Below, in pieces: positions 21,716 to 37,116 of a stretch of 64,000 nucleotides of DNA; positions within the stretch are counted from its first letter, which is position 1; each line of letters opens with the position of its first letter. The position numbers and the translations under genes were made by a program. A model generated the notes under the pieces. It saw only the letters and a list, made by a program, of their open reading frames with translations, was not told the DNA's origin and did no database searches. Source of the stretch: Cyanophyceae cyanobacterium (lineage in GTDB: Bacteria > Cyanobacteriota > Cyanobacteriia > Cyanobacteriales > JBHJGN01); contig JBHJGN010000019.1 of assembly GCA_050331735.1 (NCBI GenBank), forward strand, positions 1 through 64,000, given 5' to 3'.

Positions 21716-24439
<2,724 letters not shown>

Positions 24440-24835
24440 TTAATCTCCTAATGTATATATGGTTACTCAGTAGTCGATCGGTCAACATCGACAGTCATAG
24501 CTATTTTCTAGAAACATTCTCAAACTCAGCGGATATCGTTATCGATCGAAAGTCAAGTTTTATACACTGCTGCTGGCTTATATACTTAAACTAACGCTTT
24601 CTGGCTGCCTTTAGCCAGCTTGCTCACCTTGCTGCTGGCCTCAACTCCAGACAATTTGTTCTCCTCGCTTTGTCGAAAGATGATTTTGTCCGTCAGCATC
24701 TAGATTAGAACGTTTCTCGCTTTCTCAGTAATTTTGTTAAGAATCGTGACGTAATCAGGAGAGTCAACAACTCGGCCTGTTCTGGCCAGCCATCCTATCT
24801 AGACTGACAGACCTATTCCTTCATTCTCATGTCCT

Positions 24836-26056
24836 ATGTCAGATTCTCAGGCGATTAGAGCCGCCGTTGCTCAGCTATACAATACCTATCCCTTTCCTCC
24901 AGAGCCGCTGTTGAACGAACCACCGCCGGGATACAACTGGCGCTGGCACTGGTTAGCGGCCTATAGTTTTTGTACTGGACAGCAGCCCAGTCAAACAGAC
25001 ATCCGGATTCTAGATGCTGGCTGTGGTACGGGGGTAGGCACAGAATACCTGCTGCATCTTAATCCCGATGCCGAAGTGGTCGGCATTGACTTAAGTGAAC
25101 AAGCCCTAGCCGTCGCCCAAGAACGCTGTCAGCGCTCAGGCGTAAACCGCAGAAAACAGCCAGTCTCATTTCGTCAGCTTACTGTGGAGGAAGCCGCGAC
25201 CCTGACCGGAGAATTTGACTTGATTAACTGCGTCGGCGTTCTTCATCATCTCCCCGACCCTTGTCAAGGAATTCGATCTCTGGCAGCAAAATTGGCTCCG
25301 GGAGGATTAATGCACGTTTTTGTTTATGGAGCTTTGGGGCGTTGGGAAATTCACCTGGTGCAGCAGGCGATCGCCCTCCTTCAGGGAGAACGAACTGACT
25401 ACCGCGAGGGGGTCCAAATTGGTCGCCAGCTATTTGCCACACTTCCCCCAGACAACCGCTTAGTAAAACGGGAACGAGAGCGCTGGTCGTTAGACAATCA
25501 GCGAGATGCCACCTTTGCCGATATGTACGTTCATCCTCAGGAGATTGACTATACAATCGAGACGTTGTTCGAGCTTATTGACGCTTCTGGTCTAGAATTT
25601 ATGGGATTTTCTAACCCGGAGTACTGGCAGCTTGAGCGACTGATTGGCTCCTCTGCACTGCTGAAGACGCGAGCGCAGAAGCTAACTGAGCGCGATCGCT
25701 ATCGGCTCGTGGAACTCCTCGACCCAGATGCGGCGACGCACTATGAATTTTTCCTGGGACGACCGCCGCTTCCTCAAGCAGACTGGTCGAGGGATGCAGT
25801 ACTGCTAGCTGCCGTTCCGCAACGCCACCCCTGTATGGAAGGATGGCCGAGCCGGACCCTATTCGATTACAACTACCAAATTGTCGAGTTAAGCGATGCC
25901 CAGTGGCAGTTTCTGTCCCGCTGCGATCCGGCTACCCCGACTACTGTTGGCGAAATTCTCCAGGAGATTCCTCTTGCCCTAGCAGACGTGCGCTTGCTTC
26001 AGCGGCGTCAGCTTATCTTACTCGCTCCGGCTGAGATAAACACCGAGGACATTTAA
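24836..26056 (+). CDS. Class I SAM-dependent methyltransferase
   Basis: ILDAGCGTG, CVGVLHHL, FADMYVHPQE. Confidence 0.9.
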   Translation: MSDSQAIRAAVAQLYNTYPFPPEPLLNEPPPGYNWRWHWLAAYSFCTGQQPSQTDIRILDAGCGTGVGTEYLLHLNPDAEVVGIDLSEQALAVAQERCQRSGVNRRKQPVSFRQLTVEEAATLTGEFDLINCVGVLHHLPDPCQGIRSLAAKLAPGGLMHVFVYGALGRWEIHLVQQAIALLQGERTDYREGVQIGRQLFATLPPDNRLVKRERERWSLDNQRDATFADMYVHPQEIDYTIETLFELIDASGLEFMGFSNPEYWQLERLIGSSALLKTRAQKLTERDRYRLVELLDPDAATHYEFFLGRPPLPQADWSRDAVLLAAVPQRHPCMEGWPSRTLFDYNYQIVELSDAQWQFLSRCDPATPTTVGEILQEIPLALADVRLLQRRQLILLAPAEINTEDI

Positions 26057-26272
26057 GTGTTCTAAAACTTGAGAACTCACCCATCATCCAACACGCAGTG
26101 ACTGCTTTTCTAAAAATCCTGGCGCCCAGATTCAGTTACTGTGACCGCACCGTGATATTATGTCTCTTGGCTTAACCTTTGGCTCGATTGGGCAATTTGA
26201 CTGGTCTGTTGATGAGTCATTGGCGCCTGAAGTCAGTTAAGCTATGGTTTTAGACCTTTAGAAATAACGAGC

Positions 26273-26683
26273 GTGACGACCCATCTTGAACCACTGACCT
26301 CTGACCGCGACTCTTCTCAAGATTCAATGAGAGAGTATCGCCAGCTCAAGCAGACGTTACTGTTAGTCACCGTCGCTTTGACAGGGATTATCTTTATTTC
26401 TGTTTGGTTATCTTACTCTCTCAATACTGCTCTAAATTATTTGCTCGGAGCAGGCTTTAGTGTGGTTTACTTGAGAATGTTAGCCAAAGATGTCGAGGGG
26501 TTAGGAGAAGGAAAGCTGCGTCCTGGTTCTACCAGGCTGGCGCTCTTTATTGGACTGTTTGTGGTAGCTACTCAATGGCAACAGCTAGCAATTCTGCCTA
26601 TTTTTCTCGGCTTCATGACCTATAAAGCAGCTCTGATGATCTATGTGTTGCAAACGGCGCTGATGCCTGTATCGAGACGGTAA
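26273..26683 (+). CDS. atp1: ATP synthase protein I
   Basis: Small membrane protein ([16 protein letters not shown]) at the head of the atp operon; GTG start. Confidence 0.9.
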   Translation: MTTHLEPLTSDRDSSQDSMREYRQLKQTLLLVTVALTGIIFISVWLSYSLNTALNYLLGAGFSVVYLRMLAKDVEGLGEGKLRPGSTRLALFIGLFVVATQWQQLAILPIFLGFMTYKAALMIYVLQTALMPVSRR

Positions 26684-26733
26684 CTGTCATCTCGAAAACT
26701 GATTTGGACTTCACTCTGGGGAAATTTCACTCA

Positions 26734-27489
26734 ATGGAAATCTTAAGCGGTTGGACTGATCAAATATTCTTTCCCCTCGCTTCACTAGAAGTTGGCAAAC
26801 ACTTCTACTGGGAAATCGGCAATCTGAGACTGCACGGGCAGGTGTTTATCGCCTCCTGGGTTGTCATTGCCATTTTAGTGATTGCTTCGCTGGCTGCAAC
26901 CCGAAACATTCAAAGAATTCCGCAGGGTATGCAGAATTTTATGGAGTATGTCCTAGACTTTATTCGGAGCTTAGCCAAGGATCAGATCGGAGAAAAGGAA
27001 TATCGACCTTGGGTGCCATTTATCGGGACGCTATTCCTCTTCATCTTTGTTTCTAACTGGTCGGGAGCGTTAATTCCCTGGCGAATTTTTGAAATTCCAG
27101 AAACGGAGCTCGCCGCTCCCACCAATGATATCAACACAACCGTCGCTCTGGCGTTGCTAACGTCTCTGGCATATTTCTATGCCGGACTAAGTAAGAAGGG
27201 GTTGGGATACTTTGCTGGTTATGCAGAGCCAACGCCAATCATGGTGCCCTTTAAGATTATAGAAGACTTTACTAAGCCTCTTTCTCTAAGCTTCCGTCTC
27301 TTCGGTAATATCTTGGCAGATGAGCTAGTCGTTGCTGTTTTGATCGCGCTGGTGCCGCTGTTTGTTCCCCTGCCGCTAATGGTACTGGGGCTATTCTTGA
27401 GCGCCATTCAGGCTCTGATTTTTGCGACTCTCGCTGGTTCGTATATTGGAGAAGCTCTAGAGGAACATGGCGAGGAAGGACATGAGTAA
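26734..27489 (+). CDS. atpI: F0 subunit a (cyanobacterial atpI; E. coli atpB)
   Basis: [27 protein letters not shown] at 26734. Confidence 0.96.
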   Translation: MEILSGWTDQIFFPLASLEVGKHFYWEIGNLRLHGQVFIASWVVIAILVIASLAATRNIQRIPQGMQNFMEYVLDFIRSLAKDQIGEKEYRPWVPFIGTLFLFIFVSNWSGALIPWRIFEIPETELAAPTNDINTTVALALLTSLAYFYAGLSKKGLGYFAGYAEPTPIMVPFKIIEDFTKPLSLSFRLFGNILADELVVAVLIALVPLFVPLPLMVLGLFLSAIQALIFATLAGSYIGEALEEHGEEGHE

Positions 27490-27622
27490 GGACAAGATTT
27501 GTCACTATCAGATTTAGTCTGGTCCGCTCAGCTGTACAGGAGTTCAACAGCTCCAATCATGGTGTTCCGTTTTGCGCGGAGTAATGAGTGAGGCATAAGC
27601 CTCTTTGACAACGTTTACTTAG

Positions 27623-27886
<264 letters not shown>

Positions 27887-27900
27887 GCCAACACCCCTGC

Positions 27901-27935
27901 CTGAGCCTAGCTCGAGTTCGTTCAGCTAGGCTCAG
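27901..27935 (+). other. 12-bp stem-loop after atpH (mRNA stabiliser or partial terminator)
   Basis: CTGAGCCTAGCT...AGCTAGGCTCAG. Confidence 0.6.
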
Positions 27936-28020
27936 TCAATGCGGTTAACCGCAACCGAACCAGAAAAGTGAATTTGAACAACTGCTCAACTGACCCAGAA
28001 AATCAGAGGGGTCAATAACT

Positions 28021-28509
28021 ATGACATACTGGACACTGTTACTAGCCGCTGAAGCGATGGAAACCGCTGAAGGGGGACTCTTCGATCTTGATGCGACCTT
28101 GCCACTGATGGCGGTGCAGTTTTTGATTCTGTTAGCAATTCTTAACGTGGTTTTTTATCGGCCTCTCGGTCAAGCGATTGACGAGCGGAGTGACTACGTG
28201 CGGCAGAATCTTGCTCAGGCCAGAGAGCGTCAGCAGAAAACAGAGGCATTGGCTCAGCAGTACGAGCAAGAGCTGAGGGAAGTGCGTCGTAAGTCCCAAG
28301 AAGTGATTGCCCGCGCTCAGGCTGATGCTCAGAAAACGGTGGCCGCTAAGGTGCAAGAGGCGCAGCAGGAAGCCCAGGCTCAACGGCAGCAGGCTGCTCA
28401 AGAAATCGAAACCCAAAAAGCAGAAGCGCTGCGATCGCTCGAAGGCCAGGTAGACGAGCTGAGCCGACAAATTCTAGAAAAGCTGGTGGGACCAGAACTG
28501 GCAAAATAG
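28021..28509 (+). CDS. atpG: F0 subunit b'
   Basis: [17 protein letters not shown] followed by a coiled coil. Confidence 0.95.
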   Translation: MTYWTLLLAAEAMETAEGGLFDLDATLPLMAVQFLILLAILNVVFYRPLGQAIDERSDYVRQNLAQARERQQKTEALAQQYEQELREVRRKSQEVIARAQADAQKTVAAKVQEAQQEAQAQRQQAAQEIETQKAEALRSLEGQVDELSRQILEKLVGPELAK

Positions 28510-28593
28510 CGGCAAGCTGTCGCTAACGGAATCAGTAATTCTCTCACGGCAGACGGGTTACAAACATACTTGGTGCAGGAACGTAGTCACAAC

Positions 28594-29136
28594 ATGGGGT
28601 ATTTTTTCTACCTAGCCGCTGAAGCAGCGGCAGAGCACTCAGAAGGAGGCTTCGGACTCAATTTCGATCCGTTTGAGACCAACATTATCAATCTGAGTAT
28701 TCTCATCGGAGTTTTAGTCATCTATGGGCGGAAGTTTATCGGCAATATTTTAGAAGAACGCCGCTCCAAAATTGAACAAGAGATTCAAGAAGCCGAAACA
28801 CGCTCTCAAAAATCGGCGGCGGATTTAGCGGATGCTCAACAGAAACTAGCGCAGGCCCAGGCAGAAGCCGAGAAAATTCGAGCCAGCGCGGAAGAAACCG
28901 CCCAAAAATCTAAGGAATCTATCTTAGCGCAGGCCACCCAGGAAGTGGAACGAGTTAGAGCCGCTGCTTCTCAAGAACTAGATTCTGAGCGAGCCAGAGT
29001 CGTTGCCGAACTACAGCAAAGGATTGCCAATCAAGCTGTTGAGCGAGTTGAATCTCAGCTCAGGGAGCGATTAGACGATGCTGCTCAAAAACAGTTAGTC
29101 GATCGCTACATCGCTCAGTTAGGAGGTCGTTTATGA
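28594..29136 (+). CDS. atpF: F0 subunit b
   Basis: [16 protein letters not shown] followed by a coiled coil; ATG at 28594. Confidence 0.95.
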   Translation: MGYFFYLAAEAAAEHSEGGFGLNFDPFETNIINLSILIGVLVIYGRKFIGNILEERRSKIEQEIQEAETRSQKSAADLADAQQKLAQAQAEAEKIRASAEETAQKSKESILAQATQEVERVRAAASQELDSERARVVAELQQRIANQAVERVESQLRERLDDAAQKQLVDRYIAQLGGRL

Positions 29137-29681
29137 ATATTGTTAGCGCTCAAGTGATCGAGCCCTACGCCCAGGCCTTGATGTCTGTAGCTCAGTCTCA
29201 CAGTTTGGTTGATCCGTTTGGAAATACTCTCCGTTCTTTACTCTCGCTACTCAACGAGTCTGCTGACTTTCGCTCATTTTTGGAAAATCCGCTGGTTCGC
29301 GCAGAGGATAAAAAAGCCGTTCTTCGTCAGGTACTCGGGGATGCAAACCAGTACTTCGTCAATTTTTTGATGCTGCTGGTCGACCGACGACGCATCGTAT
29401 TTGTTGAAGCGATCGCCCAGAAGTATCTGGAGCTACAGCGTCAGCTCAACAACACCGTTCTTGCAGAAGTGTCTACGGCAACAAAACTCACGGACGAGCA
29501 GCGGGAAGCAATCTCCAACAAAGTGAAGGAGCTTACGGGCGCTCAGGGAGTTGAACTGAGGACGAGCGTCGATCCTGACCTGATTGGCGGTGCGGTCATT
29601 AAAGTAGGGTCTCAGGTCTACGATGCTAGCCTACGCGGTCAGCTACGTCGCATCCGTGTCAGCCTGGGCAAAGTCGCTTAA
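29133..29681 (+). CDS. atpD: F1 subunit delta (cyanobacterial atpD)
   Basis: [25 protein letters not shown]. Confidence 0.95.
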   Translation: MNIVSAQVIEPYAQALMSVAQSHSLVDPFGNTLRSLLSLLNESADFRSFLENPLVRAEDKKAVLRQVLGDANQYFVNFLMLLVDRRRIVFVEAIAQKYLELQRQLNNTVLAEVSTATKLTDEQREAISNKVKELTGAQGVELRTSVDPDLIGGAVIKVGSQVYDASLRGQLRRIRVSLGKVA

Positions 29682-29737
29682 CTTTATTATTAAATAGATC
29701 TCTTGAAGGTTAGCCCCTTGACTAGCTCACAACTTAA

Positions 29738-31270
<1,533 letters not shown>

Positions 31271-31359
31271 GCTGCTCAGATAGGCGGCAAATCGGAAGGC
31301 GAGAATAGTTCACCGCCTTCTGTTCTTCTCTAGAATTTCTAACTCACTATTTACCCACA

Positions 31360-32304
31360 ATGGCTAATCTAAAAGCTATTCGCGATCGCATCAAATCTGT
31401 TAAAAATACTAGAAAGATTACCGAAGCGATGCGTCTGGTCGCGGCGGCCAAGGTTCGCCGTGCCCAAGAACAGGTAACCTCAACCCGCCCCTTTGCCGAC
31501 AATTTGGCCCAGGTTTTGTATAACCTGCAAAATCGCCTTCAGTTTGAAGATGTCGATCTGCCTCTGCTAAAGCAGCGCGACGTTCGCTCTGTTGGGCTGT
31601 TAGTGATCTCTGGCGACCGGGGCTTATGCGGTGGCTATAATGCTAACGTAATTCGCCGTGCCGAGCAGCGCGTCAAAGAGCTACAGGCAGAGGGACGAGA
31701 TTACAAATATGTGCTGGTGGGACGCAAGGCAAAACAGTATTTTCAGCGTCGAGAAGCTCCCATTACTCGGAACTTTACCGAACTAGAACAGATTCCGACC
31801 GCTGCTGAAGCCTCTAGTATCGCCGATGAACTGCTGTCTCTGTTTCTTTCCGAATCGGTTGACCGCATTGAGCTAATCTACACTCGGTTTGTTTCTTTGA
31901 TCAGTTCGCGTCCGGTCGTTCAAACCCTGCTGCCCCTGTCCCCCCAGGGATTAGAGGTAAAAGATGACGAAATCTTTCGTCTTACCACTCGCGGCGGAGA
32001 ATTTGAAGTCGAACGAGAAACAGTCTCGACGGAATTTACCAGCTTTCCTAGAGACATGATCTTTGAGCAAGACCCAGTACAGATCCTTGACTCTCTGCTG
32101 CCGCTCTACCTCAACAACCAGCTATTGCGGGCGCTGCAAGAATCAGCGGCTAGCGAATTAGCCGCTCGAATGACGGCAATGAATAACGCAAGCGACAACG
32201 CGACTGAGCTCATTGGTACGCTCACGCTGTCTTACAACAAAGCGCGACAGGCATCCATTACGCAAGAAATTTTGGAAGTTGTGGCTGGTTCTGAAGCTCT
32301 CTAG
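31360..32304 (+). CDS. atpC: F1 subunit gamma
   Basis: [24 protein letters not shown]. Confidence 0.98.
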   Translation: MANLKAIRDRIKSVKNTRKITEAMRLVAAAKVRRAQEQVTSTRPFADNLAQVLYNLQNRLQFEDVDLPLLKQRDVRSVGLLVISGDRGLCGGYNANVIRRAEQRVKELQAEGRDYKYVLVGRKAKQYFQRREAPITRNFTELEQIPTAAEASSIADELLSLFLSESVDRIELIYTRFVSLISSRPVVQTLLPLSPQGLEVKDDEIFRLTTRGGEFEVERETVSTEFTSFPRDMIFEQDPVQILDSLLPLYLNNQLLRALQESAASELAARMTAMNNASDNATELIGTLTLSYNKARQASITQEILEVVAGSEAL

Positions 32305-32380
32305 CTCTGAGTTGATTGGTTTGGGTTGCGAAGCGTCTAAATATTTAGGCGCTTTTTCATAGCTTGTGAACGCAATCAAT

Positions 32381-32409
32381 AAAAAACCCCAGCGTCTAAA
32401 ACTGGGGTT
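32381..32409. terminator. Terminator hairpin downstream of atpC and of the opposite-strand pseudogene
   Basis: AACCCCAG-N9-CTGGGGTT preceded by an A run (U tail on the minus strand). Confidence 0.6.
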
Positions 32410-32768
32410 AGGAAGTTGACAGCATGCTACAGAGCCTTATGAGCTTAAATATTACAGACAAAACGTGAAGAACTCGAAGCCTGACGAAAAAAACTGAATT
32501 GAGGCTCTTTTGATGTCAGTGCTTTCGCTGCTGACTGGCAATTTTCAGTTCCCGTTCGCAGGACTGATAATCTCCATTGCCCCAATCGTCTACTTGCAGT
32601 AGCTCAACCAAGGCTCTAATGCGGTTGGCGTGTCTGACGCTCTCGACGGCTGCCGTCTGATGTTGACGCAGAATCTATTTTTGGAGGGCTTCGTCTTTTT
32701 CGGCAAAGAAAATGTCGTTTTGCAGCAGCTTGAGGAGGTAGGCAGGATGGCAAAAGCTTTTGATCTTA

Positions 32769-32916
32769 TACCGATTAGAAAAAGTAATAGGAGACTTGAT
32801 GAGTTGGGGGAAAGGGGAAGGGGGAAAGGGGAAAGGAAAGCACAGCAGCTCTTTGCCCTTGAACCTCCAATGCTTGGTTCGTTTGGGAACTATCTGACTC
32901 CTTTCGGTAAATGGTA
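32769..32916. mobile_element. 148-bp MITE-like element with TACC...GGTA ends and TTA target duplication
   Basis: TTA at 32766-32768 and 32917-32919; imperfect terminal repeats TACCGATTA / TACCATTTA; internal GGGGAAA repeats; excision restores the host frame. Confidence 0.72.
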
Positions 32917-32952
32917 TTACTCCGTAAGAGAAACCGCTCGCTTCGGCGACGG

Positions 32953-33010
32953 TAAAGAGCATCTAAGGAACTTACAATCTTTAAAGAGCATCTAAGGAAC
33001 TTACAATCTT
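32953..33010. repeat. Exact 29-bp tandem duplication
   Basis: TAAAGAGCATCTAAGGAACTTACAATCTT x2. Confidence 0.92.
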
Positions 33011-33096
33011 TGGGGTTTCCGTGTGGTAGCGACGGATTTGAGCGATACTGAGGGCGATCGCTTTCTTCTGCAACTGTTCAATAGAAAGAATCTTCG

Positions 33097-34578
33097 TTAA
33101 CCGTAGCGGCGACAGTTATCGCAGTGACCGCACTGAAATCCTTCTTGGGGCAGACCGAAAGCCGCGAGTAAAAACTGCCAGCGGCACTGTCTGGTGGTGA
33201 AATAGCGAGCTGTTTGGCTGCGTAGCTGTTTCTGCCGGGTGCGTAGCTGAGTGAGGGGTGCGGTGATGTTAGGACATCGCCGATAGTGAAACGGATCTTC
33301 CCACTCTAACTGACCTGTACTGTGTAATAGAGCCAGGGCCATTTCGCCTCCTCGCCCAGCAACCGAGTCAAGATCTCCTTGCTGGGGCAATTGGCGAACA
33401 ATTTTCTGCGCCTGCTGGTACTGTTTCTCTAGCCTGTCGGTGAAGAACTGAGTACGTTGTTTGTCTTCTGGGTTGAGCCATCCTGTCGGTTCGCTCACAA
33501 TGGTTAACGCCTGGGCGGTTTGTCCGTCTCTGCCGCCTCTACCAATTTCTTGCAGATACTCAGATAGGAGCATTGGCGGTTGAAAATGAGCCACCCAACG
33601 AACATTGGGCTTGTTAACCCCCATGCCAAAAGCCGACGTGCAAACCACGAACTGTACGACGTTTTTCAGCCAATCTGCTTCAATTTGCCGGCGTTCTTCT
33701 GCTCCCAAGCCGGCATGATAAGCAGCGGTTGAATACTGAGAGCCAAACCACTGAGCGAGGGCTTCGGCGTCTCGACGAGAACGAACATAAATCAAGCCAG
33801 ATTGCTGTCCTTGCCCTTTGACAAACTTAAAAAGTAAATGACGGCGACATCTGGGAGTCCAGGCTACTTTGACCTCAAGCTCGAGATTCGGGCGATAGGG
33901 ACTCGCTACAAAGCGCTGTGGAGACTGTAGCTGTAGGGTTTCTTGAATAATTTTTTGAGCCGTCGGTTCTGCCGTTGCTGTAAAGGCGGCGATCGCGATT
34001 TGCGTTCCTGCTGGTTTATGCTGAAGCAGGGCAGGGCGAACTGCCCCTAAACGCCGGTACGCCGGACGAAAAGTCGTTCCCCAATCTACTAAACAATGAG
34101 CTTCATCTAAAATTAAGCCGTTGATTTTTACCTGTGGCCGCTTTAAGCGGTCCCAAATAGGACGACTGAGTAGCGTTTCTGGCGAGAGATAGAGCAACTT
34201 TAATTGCTGCTGTTCTAGGGCCCGTAAGGTTAAAAAACGCTGCTGCCGAGGAAGTTCACTGTGAAGAAGCGCCGTGCGCTGCTGAGGATTGGGCAGCGGC
34301 TGAAGAGCCGCCCGGAGACGCTGCTGTAGTTCTGTGATCTGATTTTCCATCAAAGCCACTAGAGGAGAAACTACTAGCGTCAAACCGTCCTGCAGTATGG
34401 CGGGAAGCTGAAAGCAAAGCGATTTGCCACCCCCCGTCGGGAGCACAATCAGCCCATCTTCTGCTGCTAACAGACAGCGAATTATTTGATCTTGGGGCGG
34501 ACGAAACTCCTCATATCCCCAAATCTGACGAAAAGCAGCGCGGACGTGATGCCAGTCCTCAGCTCGTGAGTTAGTCAC
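33097..34578 (-). CDS. recQ: RecQ-family DNA helicase (short, no HRDC)
   Basis: PTGGGKS, DEAHC, TATA, QEIGRGGRDG, C-terminal CR...CGHCDNC. Confidence 0.92.
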   Translation of the reverse strand: MTNSRAEDWHHVRAAFRQIWGYEEFRPPQDQIIRCLLAAEDGLIVLPTGGGKSLCFQLPAILQDGLTLVVSPLVALMENQITELQQRLRAALQPLPNPQQRTALLHSELPRQQRFLTLRALEQQQLKLLYLSPETLLSRPIWDRLKRPQVKINGLILDEAHCLVDWGTTFRPAYRRLGAVRPALLQHKPAGTQIAIAAFTATAEPTAQKIIQETLQLQSPQRFVASPYRPNLELEVKVAWTPRCRRHLLFKFVKGQGQQSGLIYVRSRRDAEALAQWFGSQYSTAAYHAGLGAEERRQIEADWLKNVVQFVVCTSAFGMGVNKPNVRWVAHFQPPMLLSEYLQEIGRGGRDGQTAQALTIVSEPTGWLNPEDKQRTQFFTDRLEKQYQQAQKIVRQLPQQGDLDSVAGRGGEMALALLHSTGQLEWEDPFHYRRCPNITAPLTQLRTRQKQLRSQTARYFTTRQCRWQFLLAAFGLPQEGFQCGHCDNCRRYG

Positions 34579-34891
34579 GCTTCACCCCTATCTTGCTCGG
34601 ACTAGTGCTGTTATAACCTCTCATGCTAAATATTTCTACAGTCAACAAACGGTTATCCCATCGAGTCTCTCTTCAGTATTGAGAGCGAGGGAATTAACTC
34701 TTTGGCGTCTCTCAAAGCATCTGAAGTTAAAATATAACCATTGTTCATCACTAAAGTGTGGCTAGTATCATAAGATTCATAGGCGATCGCTCGGTCCAGC
34801 AATAATAGAGCTGAGTCCTTTGACGTAAAAAGGCTCGCTCACCTACCACTTTTTAACTTTCAATCCGTTCCTCGCTTCTGATTCAACGACT

Positions 34892-35824
34892 ATGCTGCCA
34901 GTTATTTACTCCGACGACTTTCTCAAGCACAACACCGGCTATGCTCATCCCGAACGACCAGCGCGTTTGACGGCCATTGTCGAGGCCCTTAGAAATACGC
35001 CTTGGGCTAGTCAAATTGATTGGCAAGTCCCCACGCCGACCGCAGCGCGGGACGTTATGCCGATGCTCCAGAAAATCCACACTCAGGAGCACATTGAGCG
35101 AGTGCAGCGTCTGGCCCAAAGGGGAGGAGGTCGGCTGGATCTAGATACTCCCGTCTCTCCTCACAGTTACGACGTGGCTTTACTAGCAGTGAGCGCTTGG
35201 CTCGATGGTGTTGATCGAGTATTAGAGAGTAACAGTCCGGCCTTCGTGCTAGCGCGTCCCCCTGGACACCACGCTACCAGAGAGACCGGCATGGGATTTT
35301 GTCTGTTTGCTAACGCCGCGATCGCCGCCCACTATGCCCTCGAACAGCCCGGAGTGGATCGAGTTGCGATTCTCGACTGGGACGTACATCACGGTAACGG
35401 CACCGAGGCGATTGTCGAGGACAACCCTCAAATCGCCTACTGCTCGCTGCACCAGTCTCCCTGCTACCCCGGAACCGGACGGGACAGCGATCGCGGCCAC
35501 CACAACAACGTCCTCAATCTGCCCCTGCGAGCAGGCAGCACCTTGGCCGAGTACGAGCAGGCGTTTGAGCATCAGGTTATTCCCTTTATTGCCCAATTTG
35601 AGCCGGATCTCCTGATCGTCAGCGCTGGCTACGATGCTAACCACGACGACCCGCTCGCTGGGATGTCTTTACAGCCAAAAGACTACGGCGTGTTTACCCA
35701 GTATTGTCTGAAGCTAACTCGCCGCATTCTCTTTGGGCTAGAAGGAGGATACGATTTGGCCGCCCTAGCAGATTCAGCGATCGCGACTATAGCAAACTGC
35801 TTAAGCGAGGGCAAGCCGCTCTAG
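34892..35824 (+). CDS. Histone deacetylase-family protein
   Basis: HPERPAR, RPPGHHA, GFC, DWDVHHGNGT, SAGYD, EGGY. Confidence 0.94.
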   Translation: MLPVIYSDDFLKHNTGYAHPERPARLTAIVEALRNTPWASQIDWQVPTPTAARDVMPMLQKIHTQEHIERVQRLAQRGGGRLDLDTPVSPHSYDVALLAVSAWLDGVDRVLESNSPAFVLARPPGHHATRETGMGFCLFANAAIAAHYALEQPGVDRVAILDWDVHHGNGTEAIVEDNPQIAYCSLHQSPCYPGTGRDSDRGHHNNVLNLPLRAGSTLAEYEQAFEHQVIPFIAQFEPDLLIVSAGYDANHDDPLAGMSLQPKDYGVFTQYCLKLTRRILFGLEGGYDLAALADSAIATIANCLSEGKPL

Positions 35825-35916
35825 ATGATGTTGAAGGCGCGAAAGCCAAAGTACAAGCCTAGGGCGAGCACGGTATAAACCAAAATAATGCCAGCAAAAG
35901 AAACGACAGCAGCCAT
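35821..35916 (-). CDS. petL: Cytochrome b6f subunit VI
   Basis: Hand translation MAAVVSFAGIILVYTVLALGLYFGFRAFNII (31 aa, one TM helix, LYFGxRx motif), divergent from aroB; below the ORF-track cutoff. Confidence 0.88.
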   Translation of the reverse strand: MAAVVSFAGIILVYTVLALGLYFGFRAFNII

Positions 35917-36003
35917 TGCTAAACTTCCTCAATAAACTAAAAACAGGTACTTTGATATTGTATGGGGTGATCCCCGCGCCCTCAAGTACCGATGGTAAAT
36001 TCT

Positions 36004-37116
36004 ATGCACTCTATCTCCGTCAATCTTCCCCAAAACGCCTATCGGGTGGCGCTCGCTCCCGGCAGTATCAACGAACTCGGCAAACATCTTCGTTGTCTAC
36101 AGCTCGGGCAAAAAGTGCTGCTCGTTTCTAATCGAGAGATTTTCAACTACTACGGGGAACAGGCGCTAGCTTCCCTCAAAGACGCTGGCTTTGACAGCTC
36201 GATCCACATCATTCCGGCAGGCGAACCCTACAAAACCCTCGACTCGATCCAAAAACTCTACGATACCGCCATCGACAATCAGCTCGAGCGTTCTTCGACT
36301 CTTGTCGCTCTAGGAGGCGGCGTAATTGGGGATATGACGGGTTTTGCAGCGGCAACCTGGCTCAGAGGAGTCAACTTTGTGCAGGTTCCTACTTCTCTGC
36401 TGGCGATGATCGATGCGGCGATTGGCGGAAAAACGGGCGTGAATCATCCTCAAGGTAAAAATCTGATCGGAGCTTTCTACCAGCCGCGACTGGTCTTGAT
36501 CGATCCGACGGTCTTAAAAACGCTTCCAGAACGCGAGTTTCGCGCTGGGATGGCAGAAGTGGTTAAGTACGGAGTGATTTGGGATGCCGAGCTGTTCGCT
36601 CAGCTAGAGCAGGCAGAGAGTCTTGACACCTTAAGCACCATTAGCAAGGAACTGTTACAAACAATTATTATTCGTTCCTGTCAGGCTAAAGCGGATGTGG
36701 TCAGTCAAGACGAAAAAGAAGCGGGACTGCGGGCGATCCTCAACTATGGTCACACCGTTGGTCACGCCGTTGAAAGCTTGACGGGCTATCGCTTAGTGGT
36801 TCATGGCGAAGCGGTTGCCATTGGCATGGCGGTAGCGGGAGAAATTGCCGTGCAGATGGATCTGTGGAGCGAGCAAGCGGCTCAGCGGCAGCAGCGCCTG
36901 CTGCAAAAAGCGGGATTACCGACCGAAGTTCCGGCTCAGCTAGCTCCGGAAGCCATTATCGACGCTTTACAGTCTGACAAAAAAGTAAAAGCCGGGAAAG
37001 TCCGCTTTGTGCTGCCTACTCAAATTGGGTCAGCGATTGTGAGCGATCGCGTTTCAGCCGTAACAATTCGACAAGCTCTCCAAGCCCATAGGTGTGCAGC
37101 TTCAGCCTATAATTAG
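36004..37116 (+). CDS. aroB: 3-dehydroquinate synthase
   Basis: [37 protein letters not shown]. Confidence 0.96.
   Translation: MHSISVNLPQNAYRVALAPGSINELGKHLRCLQLGQKVLLVSNREIFNYYGEQALASLKDAGFDSSIHIIPAGEPYKTLDSIQKLYDTAIDNQLERSSTLVALGGGVIGDMTGFAAATWLRGVNFVQVPTSLLAMIDAAIGGKTGVNHPQGKNLIGAFYQPRLVLIDPTVLKTLPEREFRAGMAEVVKYGVIWDAELFAQLEQAESLDTLSTISKELLQTIIIRSCQAKADVVSQDEKEAGLRAILNYGHTVGHAVESLTGYRLVVHGEAVAIGMAVAGEIAVQMDLWSEQAAQRQQRLLQKAGLPTEVPAQLAPEAIIDALQSDKKVKAGKVRFVLPTQIGSAIVSDRVSAVTIRQALQAHRCAASAYN

Larger units (their letters stand above)
32516..33096 (-). pseudogene. 5'-truncated remnant of an unidentified protein gene
   Basis: Removing one 29-bp duplicated unit and the 148-bp element plus one TTA gives a single ~130-codon frame with one internal TAG at 32675-32677. 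Confidence 0.7.

Noticed and set aside
32630..32995. 121-aa plus-strand and 95-aa minus-strand ORFs
   Set aside because: They read through the MITE and low-complexity repeats; chimeric artefacts of the pseudogene region
32953..33010. 29-bp repeat as a CRISPR repeat
   Set aside because: Directly tandem with no spacer; explained as a duplication within a pseudogene
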